The translations under genes and the position numbers were made by a program. A model generated the notes under the pieces. It was not told the origin of the DNA and did no database searches. It saw nothing but the letters and a program-made list of their open reading frames with translations. A stretch of DNA of 31,073 nt from positions 1 through 31,073 of the forward strand of contig JAVHOH010000060.1 in the NCBI GenBank assembly GCA_036169935.1. Reading direction: 5' to 3'. This DNA comes from Minisyncoccota bacterium (GTDB lineage Bacteria > Patescibacteriota > Minisyncoccia > Phycocordibacterales > UBA9973). Shown here one piece after another: positions 16,694 to 24,074 of the stretch (within the stretch, counting starts at the first letter, position 1; every line of letters begins with the position of its first letter).

Positions 16694-17173
16694 TTATTGT
16701 TTCTTTGGGCAAGCTTTGACAGCCGTTGCGTAATCGCTCCAGGCAGTCTTAACTGATGCCGCTTGAGTTGCTAGAATACCCTTGATGGATGCTTTATAAG
16801 CAGTATTGGCAGTTTTTACCGCAGCCGCATAATCCGCTCGGGCCACTTTTGCCGCCGCTTTTCCCGCAACCTTGTCAGTATTTGCTTTTGCTGCAACAAG
16901 AGCAGCATCTCTCCCAGTTTTTGCCGCCGTTAGATCTGTGCTTCTGGTTGTCTTTGCATCTGCACGGGCTGTTTTTGCAGTATCGGAAGCGGATTTTACC
17001 GCTGCAACACGAGCAGTCTTGGCACTTGCCAAACATACCTTTCGAGCATTAACAGTAGCAGATGTCGGTGCTGGGTTTCCCGCAGTCATATCTTGCGCGA
17101 AAACTGGCGCAGAAACACCAACTAAAATGGCAAGAGTTAAAACAGAAACGCCAAATTTCATTTTATTTGTCAT
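16694..17173 (-). CDS. Secreted Ala/Lys/Thr-rich helical protein with 11-residue repeats and two Cys
   Basis: Signal peptide ending VFA-Q; repeats such as ARADYAAAVKT, ANTAYKASIKG, AWSDYATAVKA. Confidence 0.75.
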   Translation of the reverse strand: MTNKMKFGVSVLTLAILVGVSAPVFAQDMTAGNPAPTSATVNARKVCLASAKTARVAAVKSASDTAKTARADAKTTRSTDLTAAKTGRDAALVAAKANTDKVAGKAAAKVARADYAAAVKTANTAYKASIKGILATQAASVKTAWSDYATAVKACPKKQ

Positions 17174-17229
17174 AATTTTAATTTTTTAAATTAATTAATA
17201 TTTTATAATTCGACCTTATATACAAGTAG

Positions 17230-17256
17230 TACGCCAAGCATTGATGATTTGTTTCA
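17230..17256 (-). promoter_or_regulatory. Putative ECF promoter TGAAAC-N17-CGTA for the Ala-rich secreted protein
   Basis: Minus strand TGAAAC 17256-17251, CGTA 17233-17230, 56 nt upstream of ATG 17173. B. subtilis SigW consensus is TGAAAC-N16-CGTA. Confidence 0.65.
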
Positions 17257-17303
17257 AAATTATTGCTATAACACCCTTTTTACTTTATACTGTTATTATA
17301 CCG

Positions 17304-18458
17304 ATGAAAAATAAAAGAATTCTGATTTTTTTAATAGTTGCAACAGTTTTCTTCGCCTCATTTTTTGTGTTTCCGGAATTTTTTAGTAGCGCTACCTCTT
17401 ACAAAAAAACTGATCAGATGGTAGAGGTGAACATTGCGCAATCTGAAGTGAAGCCAGTATCGGTCATTATGCCGTTTGATGTCGCTCTTTATGATAAAAA
17501 ATTAAATGAAATAGCCAATAATCCTCCGGACCCCATAGTTTATAACACCATTAAAACTATCACTGGAAAAGACAAAAAAGGCAAGCCTATAACTAAAATT
17601 ACCAAAGTTCCTATTTCTCCCCAACCCGTCCGAACGCATCTCTGGCCAGCGAAAACTGTGTATCCGAATGCTGGTGCTATTCTACCATTTTCTCGCATTA
17701 TCGCTTATTACGGAAATTTGTATTCGACGAAAATGGGAGTGCTCGGGCAATATCCAGAAGCAGAGATGTTGCAAAAATTAAATGCAGAAGTAAAAAAATG
17801 GGAAGAAGCTGATCCTGCCACGCCGGTAATTCCAGCGCTTCATTATATCGCAGTCGTGGCGCAAGGGAGCGCTGGGGATAATGGCGACTATAATTCGAGA
17901 ATGCCTAGTTCTGAGATAGATAAAGTTTTAGCGATGGCGGCAAAAATAAACGCGATTGTTTTTTTGGATATTCAAGTCGGTTTTTCCAATGTGCAGACGG
18001 AAATTCCATTATTGGAGAAATATTTGAAAATGCCCCAAGTCCACTTGGCTCTTGATCCGGAGTTTTCCATGAAAGGCAAATATCCTCCTGGCAAAGTTGT
18101 CGGCACCATGGATGCGACTGACATAAATTTTGCGTCAAATTATTTAGCAAATCTTGTACGGGAAAATAATCTCTCCCCCAAGGTTCTTATCGTTCATCGC
18201 TATACGCAAAAAATGGTTACTAATTACAAACAAATTAAGACTTTGCCGGAAGTACAAATATTAATGAATATGGATGGTTGGGGAGGTAAGGCCAAAAAAA
18301 TTGGGACTTATAAGAATTTTATTTATCCAGAGCCAGTCCAATTTGCTGGGTTTAAATTGTTCTATAAAAATGATATCAAAGAAGCCGGAACTGCTCTCTT
18401 TACTCCTTCAGAATTATTAAAATTAAACCCACGGCCGATATATATACAATATCAGTAA
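17304..18458 (+). CDS. Conserved membrane-anchored/exported hypothetical protein (possible TIM-barrel hydrolase-like domain)
   Basis: N-terminal hydrophobic anchor, Pro/Lys linker, globular domain with IIAYYG, FLDIQVG, HLALDPEF, MNMDGWG, GFKLFY. ATG 17304 preferred to 17241. Confidence 0.7.
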   Translation: MKNKRILIFLIVATVFFASFFVFPEFFSSATSYKKTDQMVEVNIAQSEVKPVSVIMPFDVALYDKKLNEIANNPPDPIVYNTIKTITGKDKKGKPITKITKVPISPQPVRTHLWPAKTVYPNAGAILPFSRIIAYYGNLYSTKMGVLGQYPEAEMLQKLNAEVKKWEEADPATPVIPALHYIAVVAQGSAGDNGDYNSRMPSSEIDKVLAMAAKINAIVFLDIQVGFSNVQTEIPLLEKYLKMPQVHLALDPEFSMKGKYPPGKVVGTMDATDINFASNYLANLVRENNLSPKVLIVHRYTQKMVTNYKQIKTLPEVQILMNMDGWGGKAKKIGTYKNFIYPEPVQFAGFKLFYKNDIKEAGTALFTPSELLKLNPRPIYIQYQ

Positions 18459-18464
18459 GATATA

Positions 18465-18473
18465 TGATATAAT
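18465..18473 (+). promoter_or_regulatory. Extended -10 promoter TG-A-TATAAT, leaderless spacing
   Basis: 8 nt upstream of ATG 18482. Confidence 0.5.
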
Positions 18474-18481
18474 TTAAATAT

Positions 18482-18673
18482 ATGAAACAGATGGATTTAG
18501 AATTTGGTCCAAAAATACCAACAAGAGAGGAGTTGGTGGCTAGTATTCATGCCAAAAATGCGAACCAATCTATGACAGGCAAGGTCCCAGTATTTACCCC
18601 AGAAGAAACAGCTTTTATTGAAGCAGAAAGAGAAGAATTACGTGGGGATAGTCAGCCACAATATAGGCGCTAA
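18482..18673 (+). CDS. Hypothetical protein, 63 aa
   Basis: Fills the gap, has a promoter motif, and ends 6 nt before the dgkA-like gene. Confidence 0.55.
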   Translation: MKQMDLEFGPKIPTREELVASIHAKNANQSMTGKVPVFTPEETAFIEAEREELRGDSQPQYRR

Positions 18674-18679
18674 AATTTT

Positions 18680-19060
18680 ATGGATTCTCAAAAAGAAAAA
18701 AAAGCATGGCGGGAAGTAAAATATAAACAGAAATTTTTTAATGCTTTTCGCGGAATGTATGTTGCTTTTAAAGTGACTAATCATGCATTTATACATATTA
18801 TTGCAACTATAATTGTAATATTTTTTGGATTTTATTTTCATGTTTCTAACATTGAATGGATTGCGTTAGTTTTTGCTGTTGGCTTTGTAATAGTTTCAGA
18901 AATGATTAATACAGCTATTGAGATAGATATAGATTTAACTTCACCAGATTATCATCCTTATGCTAGAGATACAAAAGATGTTGCTGCTGGAGCTGTGTTG
19001 TTGTCTCTTTTTACTGCAGTTATTGTTGGACTTATTATTTTCTTGCCAAAGATCTTTTAA
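18680..19060 (+). CDS. dgkA: Diacylglycerol/undecaprenol kinase (DgkA family)
   Basis: FFNAFRGM; SEMINTAIE; ARDTKDVAAGAVLL; three TMs. Confidence 0.85.
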   Translation: MDSQKEKKAWREVKYKQKFFNAFRGMYVAFKVTNHAFIHIIATIIVIFFGFYFHVSNIEWIALVFAVGFVIVSEMINTAIEIDIDLTSPDYHPYARDTKDVAAGAVLLSLFTAVIVGLIIFLPKIF

Positions 19061-19062
19061 AC

Positions 19063-19071
19063 TGATAAAAT
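19063..19071 (+). promoter_or_regulatory. Extended -10 promoter (TG-A-TAAAAT), leaderless spacing
   Basis: 6 nt upstream of ATG 19078. Confidence 0.45.
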
Positions 19072-19077
19072 TAAACT

Positions 19078-19485
19078 ATGAATAAAAATGCAAAAATATT
19101 TATTTTAATAATTGGTCTTTTAATTTTAGGCACTGTCGCTACAGTGTTGCTTCAGTCCAATAGCACGCCAGCTGGACCCGGCAAGTATGATACTTTCGCA
19201 CAGTGCTTGAAGGATAAAGGTGCGGTTTTTTACGGAGCCTTTTGGTGTCCGCATTGCCAAGCACAGAAAAAGCTTTTTGGATCTTCTGCTAAACTTTTGC
19301 CCTACGTTGAATGTTCTACGGCTGATGGGACTGGGCAATTACAAGTATGCAAAGATAAAAATATTACGGGTTACCCGACCTGGATATTGGCAGATGGTAC
19401 GCTAGTTCCCGATGATTCTCCGGATGGAGCTGGGGTGAAGCTTGAAACCTTGGCTGCGAAAACTTCTTGTGTTTTACTTCAATAA
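19078..19485 (+). CDS. Membrane-anchored thioredoxin-like oxidase (VKOR-partner type)
   Basis: N-terminal TM; FYGAFWCPHCQAQK; YVEC...C...ITGYPTW. Confidence 0.8.
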   Translation: MNKNAKIFILIIGLLILGTVATVLLQSNSTPAGPGKYDTFAQCLKDKGAVFYGAFWCPHCQAQKKLFGSSAKLLPYVECSTADGTGQLQVCKDKNITGYPTWILADGTLVPDDSPDGAGVKLETLAAKTSCVLLQ

Positions 19486-19490
19486 CTTTA

Positions 19491-20045
19491 ATGAATTTAA
19501 ACGCTATTTATTTTCTAAATCTGTTTCTCGGCTCGGGGGCGATTCTTCTCCAGATTTTTTCTGTTGTAGCGCTTTTCTTGCTTTTTTTTAGAAATAAAGA
19601 AAATAGTAGAAATTTTTATTTAGACTTTGTTGATAAACATTTTCTGCCGATTAGTTTTTTGCTTGCCTTATTTGCTTCAATTTTTCCTTTGGTTTACTCT
19701 GAAATTATCCATTTTCCTCCGTGTGTCTTATGCTGGTGGCAAAGAGTTTTTATGTTTCCTTTAGTCTTGATGTTCGGTGTTGCTCTTTGGGATAAAGATA
19801 GGAGGGTAATTCGTTATGTGTTGCCTTTGCTTTGTGCCGGTTTTCTCGTTTCTGTTTATCAAAACTTTTTCTATTACTTCGGAGAAAAATCAAATGTACC
19901 TTGCGATGCGTCTGGTGTATCTTGCTATCAGCATTTAGTTTCTGTCTTTGGCGGATATATCTCAATCCCAATGCTCGCGCTCACGGTCTTTTTTGTTCTT
20001 TTGACTTTGCTGGCTGTGGCTCATTTTTACAAAAAAGAAGTATAA
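19491..20045 (+). CDS. dsbB: Disulfide bond formation protein B (DsbB/BdbC family)
   Basis: PPCVLCWWQRVFMFP; second Cys pair PCDASGVSC; GYISIPML. ATG 19491 preferred to TTG 19467. Confidence 0.85.
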   Translation: MNLNAIYFLNLFLGSGAILLQIFSVVALFLLFFRNKENSRNFYLDFVDKHFLPISFLLALFASIFPLVYSEIIHFPPCVLCWWQRVFMFPLVLMFGVALWDKDRRVIRYVLPLLCAGFLVSVYQNFFYYFGEKSNVPCDASGVSCYQHLVSVFGGYISIPMLALTVFFVLLTLLAVAHFYKKEV

Positions 20046-20052
20046 TAAGAAT

Positions 20053-20268
20053 ATGGATCAAGAATTACAAAATTTACAAAAGAAAATAGAGGAGCAAGGA
20101 GTGAAGATGGATGCGATTTATAAGTCAGTGGAAAAAACTAGAAGATATTTCTTGATGATAATTTGGGTTACTGTTATTGCCATTGTGTTGCCACTAATTG
20201 GCATGATTTTTGTTTTACCATCATTTGTTAGCAATTACACGAGTACTTTAAACGATTTAGGTTATTAA
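20053..20268 (+). CDS. Small single-pass membrane hypothetical protein
   Basis: Coiled-coil N-terminus plus one TM; TATAAT (20041-20046) 6 nt upstream. Confidence 0.65.
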   Translation: MDQELQNLQKKIEEQGVKMDAIYKSVEKTRRYFLMIIWVTVIAIVLPLIGMIFVLPSFVSNYTSTLNDLGY

Positions 20269-20296
20269 GTTTTATTATTAATTAATTTTTAATCAT

Positions 20297-20362
20297 ATGG
20301 GAAAAGGAAACAACGCATATCGAAAGGATGTGAAGAAACCAAAAAAGGCCAAGAAGAAATAA
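20297..20362 (+). CDS. Putative 21-aa Lys-rich microprotein
   Basis: MGKGNNAYRKDVKKPKKAKKK*; stop is 3 nt before the next ATG. Confidence 0.45.
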   Translation: MGKGNNAYRKDVKKPKKAKKK

Positions 20363-20365
20363 AGA

Positions 20366-20974
20366 ATGCTTGGTTTTACCAAAAAAGAAAAAAAGTTATT
20401 GCAAAAACTAAATACTCCCGCCAAGGTGCAGGATTTTATCAATGGAATTCCTTTTAATTTTGAGAAAAATGGAGAAACGTTAAAATCGCCGATTTTAACG
20501 TTAAGAGCACAAAATGTCCATTGTTTTGAAGGAGCGCTTCTGGGGGCTTATATGCTTTCTTTGCACGGTTTTATGCCTTATGTGATGCACTTAAAGGCGA
20601 CAAAGGGGGATTATGATCATGTCATAGCTCCGTTCAAAATTGGTAAATTTTGGGGTGCGCTTTCCAAGACCAATCATGCAGTTCTGCGCTATCGTGAGCC
20701 GGTTTATAAAGATATTCACGAGCTTGCATTATCTTATTTTCATGAATATTTTTTAGATAATGGACAGAAAACCTTACGGCAATATTCCAAACTTCTTAAT
20801 TTAAATACTTTTGAAAATTGGGCGACCCAAGAAGGCAACCTATGGGAGATAGATAAAAAATTAGATAAAGTAAAACATTACGATATCGTACCTAAAACGC
20901 ATATCAAGAATCTTCGCAAGGCCGATAAGATAGAAATAGAAGCTGGTAAGATTGTTGAATTTAAAAGATACTAA
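20366..20974 (+). CDS. Conserved hypothetical protein, possible transglutaminase/papain-like Cys-His fold
   Basis: LNTPAKVQDF; HCFEGALL; DHVIAPF; WGALSKTN; LRYREPVY; SYFHEY. Confidence 0.7.
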   Translation: MLGFTKKEKKLLQKLNTPAKVQDFINGIPFNFEKNGETLKSPILTLRAQNVHCFEGALLGAYMLSLHGFMPYVMHLKATKGDYDHVIAPFKIGKFWGALSKTNHAVLRYREPVYKDIHELALSYFHEYFLDNGQKTLRQYSKLLNLNTFENWATQEGNLWEIDKKLDKVKHYDIVPKTHIKNLRKADKIEIEAGKIVEFKRY

Positions 20975-22739
20975 ATATTTTATCCCAAAATTTACTCCAC
21001 CAATTTTTCTTTGGAGTTTCTGGCTTGATTTTTGTCGGAGAGGGGATGATAGCATTTATCACTGATGCCGTGTTTTGATTGGTTAAGTTTTCTAATTTTG
21101 GTTTTGTTTTTATTGCAATTTTTTGTGCAGATTTTTTTTGTATTACAGCCATAACAGGCATTATAGGTTTTTCAAACTTTTGCATTATTTGATTCCAGGT
21201 TTTTTCAGATAAGGCTGAGATGACATACGCAGTTTCCCAAATTTTATTGTTCAAAATTTCATTTTTTATTCCGCCGTCAGTGTCCTGCATTGTTGTTAAG
21301 TAATCAAGAGGAGTATTCTCACCCTTTTTCCAATCTTCTGTTTTTTCGCCTAATGCTCTAATGCCTTCTAATGCCCAAGCGGTAGACGATGTGTTGCTCC
21401 AACCACCATTATCTTTTTGATTTTGTTTTAAATAATTTTTTGCTTTTATCAAATTTTCCCGTACCCCTGGAATACGGGAAAAATCCGATAAAGATTCTAT
21501 AGCGGCGCCAGTCATATCCGCAGACTCATCCCAAGAACCATTATCTTTTTGTTTGCTTAAAATAAAAGAGGTATCATCTTTTATTATTTTATCGTCTTGT
21601 GTGTATCCTGCGTTTTGGAGAACTATTAGGGCAAAAATATCATCATTATCTTCATTTATATCACCAAATTGTTTGTCGTCAAAGGTGCTTGTAATTTTTT
21701 TAATATAATTTACGCCGTTAGCATCATCATACGGATTAATTCCCAGAGTCATTAATGTCATTGCATGTCTTTCGTAGTCCGTCAAAAGAGCGCTGGGTGT
21801 GTTAGATCCTTCGAAATATTTAATCAATTTTTGCATACTATCCGGATAACCTCCGGAGGCTAACGCTATCGCTGTCCAGTCGGTATAAAGATTTTCACCA
21901 AAAGAACCATCACTTTTTTGTTGCGCAATTAAAAAATCAAAAGCTTTTTTTAAATCAAATTTTGCTTTTATTGCAGGAATGATTGGGGGAACATAATATG
22001 ATCCACCATGTCCGCTATCGGTCACTGGCGCTGGTGGGGGAGTGGGAAGAGGTGAAACCTCTATACTCACACTGTTTGATGGAACATATAATGTTTTATT
22101 TCCGACAGCAGTAAGTGACCCTGAAGTATCCAAAACAATGGAACAAGTTCCGTCGGTAATAGTCGTGCAAGATTGAGCTCCTAGCGTGATTATAGTCCCT
22201 AGTGATGGTGTCCAAATCATATTATAATTTGCATCAAAAGTACTTTCTTCTTCTGCGGTAAATGTTATTGTATCGCCTATTGTGCCAGAATTTTTTGAAG
22301 CCGAGATTCGTAATGGATAAGAATTATAAGTTAAAAGAAGTTCGTCGTTTGCAGATGGTTGATATTGATTAAGCGCATCGCTTCCATGTCCGTAAGTTAA
22401 ATTAACAAAATAACCCCAAGATTTTGAAAAATCGGGAGTAGTTTTATATCCGCCCAATTCATCTAACCAGCCACTTGGCGTATATTTCCATGTCCATGTA
22501 TTTGATAACTTGGATTGTTCAACGGCACACTTGCCATTTATAGTAAATTGTAGAGGATCAACTATTTCTGGAGACCCAGCGCAAGCTGTAATTATTTCAG
22601 GACCATTAAATAAAACAGTATCACCAGCATAAATTTTTAGGTTTATGGATACAGAGCTTGGTGTATCTGCGTACGCAATGTTTTTTATGCCTATTAATAA
22701 TAGTGACAAAACAAATAAAATTTTAATAACTTTTTTCAT
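20961..22739 (-). CDS. Exported multidomain protein: DUF4430-like beta domain, Ig-like domain, Pro linker, alpha/alpha-toroid (prenyltransferase-like QxxDGxW repeats), aromatic amphipathic tail; 592 aa
   Basis: Signal peptide AYA-D; SWGYFVN...DALNQY...DELLLTY; QQKSDGSFG, KQKDNGSW, NQKDNGGW, MQDTDGG; tail NWWSKFWDKIFSIF. ATG 22739 preferred to 22763. Confidence 0.8.
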   Translation of the reverse strand: MKKVIKILFVLSLLLIGIKNIAYADTPSSVSINLKIYAGDTVLFNGPEIITACAGSPEIVDPLQFTINGKCAVEQSKLSNTWTWKYTPSGWLDELGGYKTTPDFSKSWGYFVNLTYGHGSDALNQYQPSANDELLLTYNSYPLRISASKNSGTIGDTITFTAEEESTFDANYNMIWTPSLGTIITLGAQSCTTITDGTCSIVLDTSGSLTAVGNKTLYVPSNSVSIEVSPLPTPPPAPVTDSGHGGSYYVPPIIPAIKAKFDLKKAFDFLIAQQKSDGSFGENLYTDWTAIALASGGYPDSMQKLIKYFEGSNTPSALLTDYERHAMTLMTLGINPYDDANGVNYIKKITSTFDDKQFGDINEDNDDIFALIVLQNAGYTQDDKIIKDDTSFILSKQKDNGSWDESADMTGAAIESLSDFSRIPGVRENLIKAKNYLKQNQKDNGGWSNTSSTAWALEGIRALGEKTEDWKKGENTPLDYLTTMQDTDGGIKNEILNNKIWETAYVISALSEKTWNQIMQKFEKPIMPVMAVIQKKSAQKIAIKTKPKLENLTNQNTASVINAIIPSPTKIKPETPKKNWWSKFWDKIFSIF

Positions 22740-23103
22740 ATTTCCAGGAGACAACATCTCCAACTTTTATTTTATAATTTGAAACGCCGACTTGCGCCTC
22801 AACACCATTCACATAATAAATCCAATTTTCATTTCCATTATTTTTTATTCCGTTTATTGAATCAATAAATTTTCCCATTCCCGCATAATTTTTTTCTGTA
22901 AAATTTATTTTCCCTTCACTCTGCAGTTTACTCATAAAATCATAAACACTCGTTTCACCTACAATTGTATTTTTATACTCAATATTGTTTATAAGTTTTG
23001 GTACAGAAGCATGAGGAATTAGAAAAATAGTACCCAAGATAGCTATAAAAATTAATACGAATATACTTATTATTTTTTTGTTTTTAAATATAAATTTAGA
23101 CAT
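22723..23103 (-). CDS. Membrane-anchored DUF4430 (transcobalamin beta-domain-like) protein
   Basis: N-terminal TM; GMGKFIDSINGIKN...NWIYYVNGVEAQVGVSNYKIKVGDVVSWKYE. Confidence 0.85.
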   Translation of the reverse strand: MSKFIFKNKKIISIFVLIFIAILGTIFLIPHASVPKLINNIEYKNTIVGETSVYDFMSKLQSEGKINFTEKNYAGMGKFIDSINGIKNNGNENWIYYVNGVEAQVGVSNYKIKVGDVVSWKYEKSY

Positions 23104-23184
23104 AAAAAAATCCTACTTTTAGAGCAGAATTTGTGGGTCCCCAAAAATAAGAATAAGGGGAGGGATCCTGCTCGGGAAATGCGT

Positions 23185-23298
23185 GAAATGATTGGTATTC
23201 GGACTTGTCTCTGACTTTGCGTCAGAGCTTACCGTAGCGGCACTGTACTGGAATCTAACCAGTTTCCCCAATCACTTCTTTTAATTTTTAAAAGGAAC
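23185..23298 (-). ncRNA. Cobalamin riboswitch
   Basis: Minus strand reads TGATTGG-GGAA-ACTGG-TTAGATT-CCAGT-ACAGTGCCGCTACGGTAAG-CTCTGAC-GCAAA-GTCAGAG-ACAAGTCCGAATA-CCAATCA: GGGAA, T-loop P4, P5 CCGC loop, P6 and B12-box-like strand. Located upstream of a DUF4430 gene. Confidence 0.9.
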
Positions 23299-23304
23299 TT
23301 TCTT

Positions 23305-23332
23305 AGTATATACTTACTTTATATTATGTCAA
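23305..23332 (-). promoter_or_regulatory. Sigma70 promoter of the riboswitch operon
   Basis: TTGACA (23332-23327), 16 nt, TATACT (23310-23305); predicted start near 23298, at the aptamer 5' end. Confidence 0.7.
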
Positions 23333-23350
23333 AAAATGGTGTGGATAAAA

Positions 23351-23400
23351 ACTTACAGGCAAGACCTGTCTCAGGAATATTACAGGTCTTGCCTGTAAGT
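23351..23400. repeat. REP doublet (REPIN-like): perfect 19-bp inverted repeat with 12-nt spacer
   Basis: ACTTACAGGCAAGACCTGT (23351-23369) and ACAGGTCTTGCCTGTAAGT (23382-23400); each arm is itself an ACAGG-N5-CCTGT hairpin. Confidence 0.85.
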
Positions 23401-24039
23401 GAGCCATTCAAATATATCATCTTCAAAAAATTCTTTAGTTGGAAAATAATTCGGGAACATTTCACGATTTAGAATTATTTTTTCCTCTCGGTTAATACCA
23501 AGATAGTCTTGATAACTTGAGTATTTATAATCTCTTAAAAAAGCGATAGCTTGTTTCTTATTTTTTATTCCGTTTTCTTTCCACTTTGAATCTATAAGTT
23601 TGATTGGATTTAAGTGTATATAAGAAAATAAATACTTTAAATATGTATCTTTATAGGCATATTCAGATTTAAATTTTCCCTCAAATAAACTGCCAGTTCT
23701 TTTATATTTATTATTATAATACATGGAATATGCGGTAGTAAGTTTTTGCATAAATTTACTAATACTTCCATCTTCAGTTTGTGTTAAAAGAAGATGAAAA
23801 TGATTTGGCATTAAACAATATGATCCAATACCAACTAGCAGCTTTCCTCTTTTGCAATCGTATACATTATTTTTTCCAATGAATTGAATTTTAAAATTTT
23901 TCTGTCCATTTGAAATATAAAGCAGTTTTATAAAACGTTCATAATCTTTTGGGTCACGGAAAATTATTTGCTTGCTGTTTCCACGATTATAAATATGGTA
24001 ATATTCATTTGGCACGAAAGATGTTTTTCTTAAAGACAT
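23380..24039 (-). mobile_element. REP-associated tyrosine transposase (RAYT, Y1 HUH family), 219 aa
   Basis: YYHIYNRGN; YCLMPNHFHLLL (HUH); FMQKL...Y...YN.KY.RTGSLFEGKFKS; YIHLNP; YKYSSY. ATG 24039 preferred to the track start 24294, which overlaps the next gene. Confidence 0.9.
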
Positions 24040-24045
24040 TTGTTT

Positions 24046-24074
24046 ATTATATAAAAGTACAACTTTACAGGCAA
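24046..24074 (-). promoter_or_regulatory. Putative leaderless RAYT promoter whose -35 lies in the REP
   Basis: TTGCCT (24074-24069), 17 nt, TATAAT (24051-24046), 6 nt, ATG 24039. Confidence 0.55.

Noticed and set aside
16872-17189. 105-aa antisense ORF and other short shadow ORFs in the track (e.g. 2306-2548, 8692-8919, 10329-10664, 26595-26858, 27339-28085, 28956-29270)
   Set aside because: They lie opposite or within well-supported genes and reflect codon bias of the real frame.
20961-21970. Squalene-hopene cyclase or prenyltransferase call for the barrel domain (a DNDD tetrapeptide is present)
   Set aside because: Single barrel, exported by a signal peptide, fused to a DUF4430-like domain and under a B12 riboswitch; cyclases are cytoplasm-facing two-barrel enzymes. 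An enzymatic role is not formally excluded.
23380-24039. IS200/IS605 insertion sequence
   Set aside because: No tnpB, the protein is longer than IS200 TnpA with RAYT-type motifs, and it is flanked by identical inverted REPs rather than distinct left/right end hairpins.
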